Origin: Acanthaster planci
Taxonomy: Eukaryota
Direction: 5' to 3'
NCBI RefSeq assembly: GCF_001949145.1
Contig: NW_019091358.1
Location: 3,032,535 to 3,096,534, forward strand
DNA: 64,000 nucleotides
The notes under the pieces were generated by a model. That model did no database searches and was not told the DNA's origin. It saw only the letters and a program-made list of their open reading frames with translations. The position numbers and the translations under genes were made by a program. Below are positions 27,222 through 39,600 of the stretch, one piece after another (the stretch's first letter is position 1; each line of letters opens with the position of its first letter).

Positions 27222-28699
27222 GTATTATAAAATTAATGAATAGGGTGGAAAATTGTTTACCGCAAGATACAAGGAACACCAAAGAAAAAATCGTTTAAAT
27301 TTTAGATGAATCCACTTCGGTAACGTGTTGTTGAACAGCGATAGTACGACCACATATTTCAGCTGGCAGCTAGGAATCGACACGTTTAATATTGCAGTCC
27401 CGTATTTCGCAAATGCCAGTTTGAGCAAGTCACCGTAAGAATTAATGAGATGTATTAAGGTTGACCAATAGAAAAAGCGCGCTCACGATCGACAACAATT
27501 AAGCCACTCCCATCACTGCAATTCCCGGCAAATAGCACGCAAGTAACACTCGAGGTCTCTGCTATGCATGTGGATTGTGCCGTGTATAAACGGCTGTTGT
27601 CTGATCTCGCCGAGATCCGTGACTGGTTCGAATTTCAGGTCTGCCCGTTACGAAAGCGCCCCTTTGTACCGCTAGAATTTTTCTAACCCCTTGATGATAT
27701 ATTTCCTCCGTCTGTTTGGCTCGTCACCAACTGCTGATTGTCAGAGCTGGTGACTCCGTAATGACATGGCTGGATGCATGGGGGGCCAGAGTTGCAAGGC
27801 TCCATGTTCAAATGGCGAGAAATAAGCGCGCGGGAGTATAATAAACTACAGATTATGAATGCATCGGCGGAAAGGCTGTGTGCATTTTTTGCCTAACTTT
27901 TTTTTTCTGACCTAGGTTTTATTTGACGAGTTGCGCCAGGGGCTTTTTTTAATGCATGCCACACACTACCAAGGGTCTCAGTTCTCTGAGTGCTTGCCGG
28001 CTGGCTTCATTGTTCAATTTACTCTATTAAGGTTGACGGCTACCCTCGGCCAACGGTGTGACAAAGCAGGCGGCAAGACGGCAAACTTTTAGCCCGCCCA
28101 AGCGGTTACATTGACGATCCAGAACGCCTTGTAATAACAGATGAACCATTGGCAAATGAACGAAGAGCTGAATTGAAGCAATTTGGACTCATTGAGTCCC
28201 CAACAGAAATTTGTTTATGTAAGAAAGTGTTTTAACTCATACTGCTAAATTTTTTCATATTCGTTATTCGAAGAGTGTGTGTTGTTTATTTTCAATACAA
28301 TGTCCAAAATAAATTTAAATTCGCGAAGTTTTAGTTGCTGTGTCATTTTGTGGACTTCGATGAAATAACTTATAAATGGTGTGTATAGTTGACCTTAAAT
28401 TCGAACTTTGTCACTGATTCACCAAAAAGCAAAACGAAACTTTAAAAATGATGAATATGTAAGAGAACCGAAGAAATCGATCAAACTGAGTCAAAGGACA
28501 ACTGGCAAAATATGAAATTTTACTTTGAGCCAGTCCATGACAGTTGGTGGACTAGGCCATGTTGACAATATCACTCTCCTGCGCCGACAGGTTCGTGTTG
28601 GACTTGATACTCGTTGAATGATATTAATATTGTCAGCTATTTGAACAACTCTCGAACCATGCCCGGACTATATACGATTTCAGGTGGTAACATCGTGAA

Positions 28700-29764
28700 T
28701 ATCAAGCGCGCAAACAAGATTTGATTGGTTTGCAATCTGCACAGGCTTCACCCCCTCGCCTGGGCCCCTCGCACACCGCTGCCATGTTTTTTCATGGCTA
28801 GTCCGCATGTACATTACTGTAGCGCAGATGTTTATTTTTAATAAATGAGGGCGAGCGAGAGGTAGCGCCCCGCCGCACGGTTTCTGGAAGGTCTTATCAT
28901 TCTAGTGTGGCAGCCAAGCCCTCAGGGGAAGGTGATAATTTTCCTTTCTTTGTGCGGGGTTGGTAATCCCGCAGGGGCCTCACTGTTTCCCTGCCCCAGC
29001 CTAAGAATACACAGCTGACTCAAAAATCAGCTCAAAACCCGTGTACTAACAGAGTCCGCTTGCATGCCCGCATTCCGCGGATAAGTGGTGGGCGGGCCCA
29101 CCGCTAATTTGTCAACGGCGGACCACGTTACCCGGCTGGGACCGATCACCGACGGGGCGTGACTATCACCCCATGCCTCGCTTTGATTGGTTAGCCTGGA
29201 CAGAGTCAGCTACTGTACACGTCTGGTCGGTGACTTGCAGCTCTGTCAGTGGTCACGTCTGATTGCTTTCAGTGATACGGCCAATCAATTATTTTCCATA
29301 TATGGTTATGTCATTTGGCTCTTTGTCGAGCGGCGTTGAGATCACTTTGTGTGTGTGGTATCTTAACAGCTTGTCTTTTTTCTCGACCATAATTCGGTGA
29401 ATTTTTGCCCCTTTGCCTGATGCGAAAAACGTGAGAAATTCTGGTGGACGCCTTGAACAGCACCGCAGACGTATCCTGTGTGGGTTCCACCATGTTGTTT
29501 CGTGTTTTCTAGCAGGAATTTACATTGGGATCGTACTGTTTCCTTGGATGGTAAATAACGTTGCAGCAATTGTTGCAGTGTACACGTACATGTACAGTAC
29601 ATCGGGGATACGTACAGCAGCGGTACGTAGAGCGTCGCGTCGCACTGTGTGATTATACATATCGTGGAGTCCGGGACCTCATTCTGTGCGGGTCAACCAA
29701 TTCGCGGGGCGATTTCCCAGCGATTCTTTCACCTCGATCTTTTCCGGTGGATCATAATTAAGCC
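28700..29764 (+). promoter_or_regulatory. Proximal promoter and 5' leader of gro
   Basis: CpG-rich; CCAAT/ATTGG boxes at 28724, 29186, 29281; GC box GGGCGGG near 29090; Inr-like TCATT at 29311; directly upstream of the start codon. The TSS is not determined. Confidence 0.65.
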
Positions 29765-29788
29765 ATGTACCCGCAAAGCAGACATCCG
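29765..29788 (+). CDS. gro: Groucho/TLE coding exon 1 (MYPQSRHP)
   Basis: Kozak-like gccATG; 24 nt; donor CCG|gtaagt; matches the TLE N-terminus M(F/Y)PQxRHP. Confidence 0.95.
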
Positions 29789-30602
29789 GTAAGTGTAAAC
29801 AGGTTTTTCTTTTCTTGGCTCGAGTCTTGCGTACATGAATCTAGTGTCTTGTTTTCAGTGAAATTATGGACCGGGACATGATGATGATGTATCAATTTTC
29901 GACCTGCACCAGATTATCCATTGCGCCCACACATCACGTTGTTGATTTTATTTGTACAGATCACCGTGCTTGTTTGGAACGCTCCCTTCGCCACAATTAT
30001 GTTTTTGGCCATGTTTATGCGGACCCATGGCCCCTTTAGTTAGTAGGGTTAATGTTTGTCTTTTTGGTTCAGAGTGTTCGTGGAGCTTAGGCTACGCGCT
30101 GTTTTAGGTTTATCATTGTAATTTATGTGTGCACACTGTCCACGTGTATCTTGTATCACTGGAATGGCACAGTTTACTGAGCAAGGAAATAGCCGCGCAC
30201 AATGCATTGCCGTGTCAGTGCATGTGTGGCACTGGCCGGCGGGCTGGGCGCACTGAAGTACATGTATTTCTGAAGACATGTCCCAGTTGTCCTGTAAAAA
30301 GGGTAGATCCAGTGGAGTGCCCTTGGGCTGGAGAATATTAGAAAATGACTAACAGTCCTGGACAGTGCCTGGACATTGTCTGAACTGGCAAGGTAGGCCT
30401 CAATCGAAGCTGTCAGTACCTGCAGTTTTGCCTTAAGTTGTGGGCAGCTGGTGCAGATTGAGAGCTTATAGAACAATGGGAAAATGGGGTTAACAACAGC
30501 CAGTTGTCCCATCCAACATGTTAAGGACATAAAATAAATGCAATTAGTGCTTCGTTTCCCCTTTCCATCTTTATTGTCCATTCTCGTTTGTATGATATGC
30601 AG

Positions 30603-30700
30603 GCACCCCACCAGCCGGGTCAACCTTTCAAGTTCACGGTGGCAGAGTCATGTGACCGTATCAAGGAGGAATTCAGTTTCCTCCAAGCTCAGTATCACAG
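30603..30700 (+). CDS. gro: Groucho/TLE coding exon 2 ([33 protein letters not shown])
   Basis: acceptor atatgcag|, donor CAG|gtgaga; 98 nt, phase 0 to 2; conserved Q-domain sequence. Confidence 0.97.
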
Positions 30701-32105
30701 GTGAGAGGTCATACAGAGTCAAAAGGTCAAGAGCGTAAATTTTGGAAGAGTTTGGTGTCTCTGAAGTAAAGCACTCATACCCAGTCATAGCTTATCAAAC
30801 CTTTTTGAAACAATGGCCTAGTATACAGGATGAATATCAATAAACAACCAGTCCCATCTGTACCTAAGATTTTTCAAGATATCACTATCAGATGAAGCAA
30901 ACATTTGCCCTGATCAGAACTTGTGATAAACATCTTTTTTAGATAGGCCTAATACTGTAACAAGGTTTGCATTTTTAGTTTGTGGATAAATTCTCAGTGT
31001 TATTTGGTATGCTTGAACTTCAACTTCATTGAGAAAGAAAATAATCGCCCCTCCCAAAAAAATTTAAGTGGAAGCATTTTTGCTTGAAAAATTCCTTGTG
31101 TTGTATTTTTCCCACGGTTGCCCGGTTGGGCCTGAATTCAACTCCAAAGAGTGAGTAGGGCTGATAAGAGTATTGGCAGTAGAGAAAATGAGCCTTTTTT
31201 CACAGTTGACAGGAAAGCAGATGAATGCAGTATTGCTTACAAATTGTGACAAGCGACTGGTGTGATTGATGCACTTTGTCAATTATACAGAGTTTGAAGA
31301 ATGTTATTTTCCTTGTAAAACCTTGCCACAATCGCTAGGACATCAAACAAGCTAACCCAACTTAACACCTTCCCCTATAAAAAAAACAAAAACAAATGTC
31401 AGAATTTGCTTAAAGTTACTGGAATTTGTGTACCACTTGAGTGGTATAGCGAAAGCAATTTTCCAATGAAAATTGGTACTTCTTGTTGATTATTTCATTG
31501 AACTTATTTCATGTAGGTTTTGTGTTTCAAAATGGCAGCGGGTGCTAGTGTGATTTTTTTTTGCCAAGGTTCCATAAAAGGAGAATAGGGTCATTTTGTA
31601 GTAACGGCATTTCTCAACATACAATTTTTTTTAGGCTGAATGAGAGACCCAGAAACAATTTTTCCCCCCTTGTATTTTTAGACTAGGCTGGCCACATGTG
31701 ACATATCACATGGTCAAGGAATGTCAGATGAAATTTACAACCAGCCATTTACAAATCATTGAGGGGAGAGTGATTCCAGTAATAATAAACACTGCCGAGG
31801 CCCCAGGGGCTGGAACCACCGCTGGCTGAGTCAGTGACTGGTAATTTGACCAATTCCCAAGCTGCATGGGGGCAAGGGGCGGGGTCACTTGGGGTCTTGG
31901 GAGCCTGCAGTGGGCCACTTGACAGTGACTCGCAGTTTTGAATATTCATTAATTTGAATATCCATGAGAAAAGCTACATGTTAAAAAGACAGTGACATCC
32001 TTGGTGGTACAAACTTGGGATCTCTCCTAAGTATTATGGATAAGCTACATCCTTCAACCTGAAAATGATGTTGCCAATTTCTATTTCTCTGATTTCTGTA
32101 TCCAG

Positions 32106-32169
32106 TCTAAAAATGGAATGTGAAAAACTGGCTCAAGAAAAGACAGAAATGCAGCGACATTATGTCATG
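32106..32169 (+). CDS. gro: Groucho/TLE coding exon 3 (S-LKMECEKLAQEKTEMQRHYVM)
   Basis: pyrimidine tract + tatccag|, donor ATG|gtaagt; 64 nt, phase 2 to 0; visible inside ORF 32065..32277. Confidence 0.97.
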
Positions 32170-34065
32170 GTAAGTGCATTGGTAAAATTATCCCCTTTCC
32201 GTGCAGGGCTTCATGTTTACAATTATGTGCATACGTATGTTTTGCAAAGGATACGGTGGCACTACAGCATAGCTTGATTGGCTTGCTGGTCTCGCTAGAG
32301 ATTTTGTGACTTCTGCCTGTTTAGAGACACAAACTCATGAGAGAAATGCCAGCTGCCTACACTCTGGCGTCATTTCTGCCAATTTACAACCTCTTCTAAA
32401 TGATCGGGGAACATACTGCCTTTGTTTATTTATATCATGTACACGCAGACTTGACTTGGTAGCTCTATTCAATACTTTTGAGTTGGCTAAAAAGCCAGCT
32501 TACAGTCTGCATTAAACCATAGAGCTAGGAACAGAGACAAGAAAATGGAGCTCAAACCCATAATCCCCTCACCCTTCGTAAAAAAAAATCAATATTTGTC
32601 CATGAACATTTTGTCAGCCAGACTGAAAGAGTAAACAAATTTCAAGGAACCCATTTGGCAGTGCATAAATATCCATGACTAATTAATGAAGACGAGATCG
32701 CTCGGTGTTTGTGTACATGCAACAATGTATCATCCGGGGAAGGAAAATGGATGTAGAGTTCACTGCAAGCCTGTTATTAATGTACATATTCATGTACATG
32801 TAGGCCCATACACCTTGGCCGGCAAGTCATTCAAATGGTTCAGTTTTTAATTGTTGGTTGGATTTTTGGAAGCTGCAGTGTGAAAAGCTTATGCCCGTTG
32901 TGCAGTTTTTTAACTTCACAAACCTGAAGTGAAGTCATGTGTGAAATCAACTTTGTGGCCATCTACCCTCATTTTCTGAGAGAGCTATTTACATCAAGGC
33001 CAAATCAATCTCCCAGCACTCGTAAAATGGCTGGAAAGACAGAGTCATTTTCCAATGAGGTGTAAACCGTATTGTCAACAGCTAGCACATGAACCTGTTG
33101 TTATAATTGCTGCCATTTAAAAAAAAAAGGAATCTCTTTACAGCATGTATTTGTTCAATGGATATTCATCATACATGTAGGTCGCAAGTTCTATTTTAGT
33201 CAGAACCATGAGATTGATAGCAAACCAAGATTTTTGTATTTCAATACCAGATGTAACATGTTTAAATGAATTATGTGAGTTTTCCAAATGTAATTACTTT
33301 TTGCCTTTGGAGTTTTTAAAAATGAAAATGTACATGTATTTCCTGACATGGGTGTGTATGCCTGCGTGAAATGTGGCTTGCCATGCACTCTCTATAGAAG
33401 AATGAGATACTTTTGTCTGTTCTTGGTGACGCTAAGGTCGAGTTCGGGCGGCCTGTTCTTGACATGGGTTTCACATTCTCGCACTCGAACGGCAGGAACA
33501 TGACCCAAGAACACTGTTCTCGGAAAAGGTTCACACACCACCTCCTCAACACACGGGAAAACTTGTGAGATTTGATTTTTGAAAAGCTGCAAAAACTATG
33601 GAGATGGCTTACAAAACTGTTTTGGAGACCATGGAAAGTTTTGCACAATTAACATCTATAATTTTCCATGACAGATATGATTTTTTTTTTAATGGAAAAG
33701 ATGTTAGCTCAAACATTAACTTTCGAAGAATGTACAAGGACACCGCCATGTTGCATGTTGCTTGCATGCTTCAAGTAACTAGCAGCGATAACCGGTTGTA
33801 CATTCCCAGCATTCAAGCAGCCGACTTACAAACAACAATTCGAGCTGTTCCTGAACATATGAGAACAACCCGCCCGAACTCCGCCTAAATTCTAAGATTC
33901 CAACAGGTACACTTCCATTTAGCACAGCTAACTCTGCTTTCATCTTAGGCAGAAAGTGTTTGAGATAAGTGAATGTGAGTAAATCAAATTGGGGAGCACT
34001 GCAAAGTATGTATCTGTACAGAAATAAAGGGAATTTTCATTTCCACGTATTTCTTCATTTTACAG

Positions 34066-34110
34066 TATTATGAGATGTCCTATGGCCTGAATGTGGAAAT
34101 GCACAAACAG
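34066..34110 (+). CDS. gro: Groucho/TLE coding exon 4 (YYEMSYGLNVEMHKQ)
   Basis: acceptor ttttacag|, donor CAG|gtaaga; 45 nt; highly conserved Q-domain motif. Confidence 0.97.
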
Positions 34111-36518
34111 GTAAGACACCAGAACTTTGTCCAGAATTCTCAGTTTTGTTGAACAGTGGCAAAAGTCCCCCTACCGTACGTTCTTTACATCCGGAACTCT
34201 AATATTTCCAGTTCTGAAGGACTGAAGAAGGCATGAGTAATTTGTTACTATTTTCATGAAGAGACAAGCTTCTCACCAGAGATTAAAACCTAGCTTTCGA
34301 GAAAATCACATAATTGGTCTCATTTGAAATGCTTATAAATTTCCCCAGTATAGTCCTACTGGTAGCATTCCTTTGACTTAACCAAAGTTACTTCAGGAAA
34401 GAAGGGATCTTAAATGACTCAAAGTACAAAATAATGGTTAATTGAAGTCATTTAAAATTGTTTATTTGGAAACAATTACTTTTATCTGTTTGTGAAAATG
34501 CTAAAATTTGTGTGACTTTTGTCTCTTCGTGAAACTTGTAGAACAAGTTTTTGCCCATGGTTTTGCCCTTTAATGCAAAGCCATACATGTACCTGTGGAA
34601 GACAATACAGTTTAGTTGAACTTTGCCCCACAGAGATCATTGTGATACGGCTTATTTCAGTAGATTTTGTAAAAATGATTACACCAAGTACAGTAGTAGG
34701 CATCACATATCCTACATTTAGTTGATTTTGCAAAAAAACCAGAAAACAGACATTTGAAAAGGGCATGATTTGGGGCCACTTTGTCTCTTCCTGAAATGAA
34801 TAACGAATTATACAGTATAAAACTCTGGTTAACTGCTTTTGAATTGCTATGTTGGTGCTCTTCACATTCCCTCTTTATGACCTTGCTGAATAAGCAATAC
34901 TGGCAGCAATAATGTGTAACTACCCCAGCCCCTCCCCAAATAGTCTCTTTAAGAAAGTTCCCATAAATTTCTTCAAACCAAATCAGTACTGTGATTATGT
35001 TCATACGTTATTCTGGTGCCCTTCATTCTGTAGTTGTGTCATTAGCTACCGGTATGATTGATTGGACTTTAATGAAACAGAGCTAGCAATTCGTGGAAAA
35101 CTGGAAGCAAGCATCTAAAATGGACCCAATTAAAAGTGTGAATAGCAAAGCTGTTTCTGGAAGGATTTTGTTGTTACTTTGTGGAAGGGAAGGCAACAGT
35201 GGGTGACATTTATCGCAGTATTGGCTGTGTTTAACTAGTGAAGGTCAGGAAGAGGAATCAGATGTAATATTGTGAGTGTTTCTCACAATTCCCCTGGATC
35301 AGTCTTTGAACAGTTACACTTTAACACTGTGCAATCTTGAATACACATGTCAGTTTTCCCAGTCAATCCCAGCTGTACGCAGGATGGCTTCAGCCGAGCT
35401 GTAAGCCTTTACTTCAACTCTGTTGTGCTTCTGCAGGTCTGAATCTGAAGGTTGATTTTTGTCAGTGTGCGTCCACTCCCCCTCCACTTCTAATTGATCT
35501 GAAGAGGGGGGGGGTCTCTCGATTTCCCCTCTCTCCCTGCAATGCCTGTAATTACATTGGCTGTCATCAGCAAAGAGGGAAGGTGGAATGCAGTCCTGCC
35601 TGTCAACCACTGACCCAATTCAATCACAGCAGCTATGGGGGGGGGTGTCTGGGAAATATTACGGAGAGGCGGTGGAGTGTGGAGGTTTCAATAACCACTG
35701 AGGTGTGGTGCATGCCGGTAGCTGGACAGACAGCCCAGAAACTTGATATAATGGCCCAAGAGAAGACCCCCCTGAAGGGTGTGGGTTAGAGGTTACATCT
35801 CGGTCTGCATGTTGTTCAGGGACGAGGTTGTGTACACCAAGCAGTTTCAGGTTTGTCGGATGTACATTGTGATTGTTGTAATAGGAATTATTGTAATACA
35901 GCCATGTGAGTCCAAACAGTTAGTGGACTGTGTGCCAGAGGTGGATCCATTGATTGGTCGGGATCGGGAAGGAAGTCTGCGCTCTCTCATCAAAAGTTGA
36001 GTGCACCATACAAATGCAAAAGCAATATTGACCGGCGCATGGATTGGAATACCAGGGCAAATATCCTCACACAAATATAAAATTGTTGGCACAGTGTGCT
36101 CCCCTCCGCTTCCCATCCTACTACCCACCCACCCCTCTCCCGGTGCCCCCCACCTCTCTCAGTGATTGGAGGATTATTTATTGTAAATGTCAAATATGGA
36201 CTCTTGCTTGCCAGCGAACTCAATCACAGTGAACTCAGCCTGGCAGCAGTGTCTCAGGCCTGGAGAGCTTGTGAGCAAACTCAGGTAACTGTGCATCAAC
36301 TTACCAGATTGTCAGTGACCTCCTGTACAAAACGCAGGTGACCCTTATAGCACAGAAGGCAGTGGGAAATTACTGTTGGCAGTTGACAGCATATACTTTC
36401 CACAGGAGTATACAGCAAATCTCATTTGTTTGTTTTGACATTCAGATTAATTTTTGAGGTCAGGTGCCTCATCAAGTTGCTGATGTAGATTTCCTGGCTG
36501 AGTGGGAAAATGTAAGCA

Positions 36519-36604
36519 CACGTACCGTACATACATGTACATATATGTACACACATGTACATGGACTGTACATGTATATACATGTACACACATGTACATG
36601 TATG
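36519..36604. repeat. (TACATG)n-type low-complexity palindromic repeat
   Basis: dense tacatgtac/tgtaca motifs; the same motif is scattered across the window. Confidence 0.75.
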
Positions 36605-39600
36605 ACCTAATGAGAGCAGAGTACTTCTATCATAACAACAGCTCAGTATGCTCCCCACTGTGTTAACATGTATCTGTGACATGTACTTGTATGGTACAAA
36701 GCTAACATGATATAAACTCTACATACAGTGTATATGTACTTTGGATGTTATTTTTCTTGGGAAGCTGTTGTGTTACATTCACAGAGATTGACATATCCTC
36801 CATGAGACCGTGTGACATAATACTACTCCAAGTTGTAGTCAGATTGACTGTGCTTCAAAAGTTTGCTTCTCATTTTGTATCACATTTGTTACGTGAATGA
36901 AAGTTGCGTTTCATTTTTGTCAGAGTGTGGTTTTAAGCGTTATCCATGCACAAAGATTGCCTCACTATTGCTCGTTCATGACACCATTGAGCCACTCTGC
37001 CTCACACACTTACGTGTACACCTCTCCAACTTTCCCATTTGTAACTAGACCCGTCTTGGTTTTTTTTCTCTCCTTCTCACCATCATGCACTGCCGTGTGA
37101 AATGGCGGCGAAATTTCTAGCACCTTTCCACAGCACCTCTACTGGCAACTACAGGCCTCTGTCAACGCGGACAATGCCAGTCCTTAAGCTCGGAGTCAAA
37201 GTGAAGGTGCACATTGGTTGGTGTGGGCGGAAACGACGCTTTCCGTGACCGTCTTGGGCCCCGGCATATATACATGTATATTGTGTATCGGCGGCCCGGT
37301 GTTTTCATAGTGTAGCCACGGCCCTTGAGATGGCTTGCCGTGAGAGTGCTCCACGGATGCCGAGTATGTACACCCTGCGCACAAAGATAGCTTGATTGAC
37401 ATTCAAGCACCATTAAGACGTGCAGTGCAAACCTAGACCCACGTCAGCCCACTACACGAACACGCACATCCATGCCAATTACTCTCCAGCGGTCTTCCTG
37501 AATAATACATGAGCTCTCTCTCTCTCCCTCTTTTATTTCCTTGTCTACTTCTCTCCCTCCCACTTAAGTTTAATTGCATATTCATCCATGGCCTAGATTT
37601 GTTGAGGGAAAAAAAAAGGACAAGGGTCCAACACACCGTTGGAGAGCTGTCTCTCTCTCTCTGCCTTGCTTGCTTATAATAACGGCGGACGACAGCTAAC
37701 AGATTTGCGGTTGTGAAAAAGCTGTTAATTATTCATGAGGACCAGCTGCCCCGGTTGGACCATTTGAACAAGTCTGGCAAGGGATCTTGATTACCGGCCC
37801 GTCGATTGTAATGATGCGCATCCGCGAGCATGCAGTCTACAGGGGTAATTTATTTTCCAGGGCGATTATGGCATTTAATCGAACGTGACCAATCGTCGGG
37901 CCCGCTCTTAGGTGTCACCGGAATAAGAGCTGGGACGGGATGAGTCCGCTGTCCCTGGTGGCTGGCTGGCGTTTCGCCCCGATCTGTTCTGGTTGGATAC
38001 AGCAGCAATATTAGCCGATGCGGTCGGCTGACTCTACATGCTTTCTGTATCCACGTACATGGATCCATGTTCCCAATTAGTTGGCTGCATTTGTAATCAA
38101 ATCTGTCAGATGTAATTTAACCAGATCTACCAGGATCCAAATTTACGAGTTCCTTGTTAATTTTATTTTATTTTGTTTTTTTTTGTTCATGTGCCTGCTC
38201 AGTATACATTCACAGTGTTGAATTATTCTGCTTTATTTTGCCTAAATTATCAAGTTACTCAGAGATAAGCACAATTTCAAAGACTGCAGTTGGAAGCAAG
38301 GATTAAATTCGCAGTGACAGATATAAAGACTGTTTATTCCTGCCTTTCAAAATGCAGCAGAAATAAGCCCCAGAGGAGGAAATACATGCACATCATGTCG
38401 TTATGTAAATTTAACAGTCTCTTGTCAAATGAAATGTATTTGGGGAGTTACATTTTGCGAGAAGCCCTTTCAGGAAAAAAATGTATGTTTGTATGACAAG
38501 CATACAGAAAGTGCAGAGCAAATATTAGAATGGAGTTGGAGTATATTTATGGTGTTTTCATGCAAGAGATATTGAAACAAAAACACGTTTGAGAGACCAC
38601 ATGCACAGGCTTGGCTTCCAAAGTCCAGCTACACAACACATCTGAGAGCAGGGCACAACAAAAGGAGAAGCCGTCCAGAACAAATAAACAACCCTCTTGC
38701 CATATTATCACAATGACGATACGGACATAATACCCTAGAGAGGCAGACTTGTTTTGTGGCGAACTATTTAGAACAGCCCTTTCGAAAGGACAATCCTGTG
38801 TTGTTGTGTGAAGTGATTGTCAGTTAAGTAGTTGGAAAATAAGCCAGCTCCTGGAATCATCAGAGGTAGATTTAAATATCGCAGGCGTTAATATGCCTCT
38901 TGTCCTCGGACGCCTCTGTGTTATTCGTCAGCCCAACGAATCCACTGTTTAAAATTTAACAAATGGCAGCGCAAATATTTTGCCAGGGCATAATGGAGGC
39001 CAATGCCAGAATTGGTGGGCAATCAAAATTGTGGAGAGAGGCGCTGTTTGCACAAGCAAATGGTGTTTGCAGAGTGGTGTTGGAAGAATCGGAGAGGACT
39101 GAGTAAACATGGCCTGAGTATATGAGAGAGCGTGGGGGGGGGTTTGCTTGTCGCAGCAAATGAGATGCGTGCGTGTGGAGAGCTCACGAGAGATGGTGAG
39201 GATTGTAACTAAAACGTGAACCCGCCTGCATAACCAGAATGAATTCTGTGCACAGGCTGATTGGAGTTCTAGCTGTTAGCATCCCTTGGAATAGATTACC
39301 TGCAGTTGAAGGAGGCTGATGTCAGCAACACGAATTAGTGTTTGCAGTCAGCGCGGCTCGATCAATGTTCATCTTTGCAAAGCAGTGCAGGCAGACTGGC
39401 CTGCTTGTTTCTCTCTCTCTCTCCGCATGTACATGTCTCTTCCCCTAGCCGGCGCTGTTTGTTCAGTAAACAGAGACAGGTGACAGGCCAGCACTCAACA
39501 CAGAAGCCGTTGTCAACCGTTGTGAATGATGAGTGATAACTTGTCCGATTCCCTCGTCTTCTTTCCCTTCTCCTCGTTCCATTACGCAGGGGGGAAGGGC

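Larger units (their letters stand above)
24950..30300. promoter_or_regulatory. Extended CpG-rich domain around/upstream of the gro start
   Basis: CpG visibly frequent here (with AT-rich interruptions) compared with CpG-poor flanks; additional CCAAT boxes at 25550, 26004, 26165, 27465. Judged by eye, not computed. Confidence 0.55.

Noticed and set aside
27590..27665. tRNA/SINE/Pol III-like RNA (ggttcgaatttc B-box-like motif and gatctcgccgagatc hairpin)
   Set aside because: No A box, no cloverleaf with an acceptor stem, imperfect B box.
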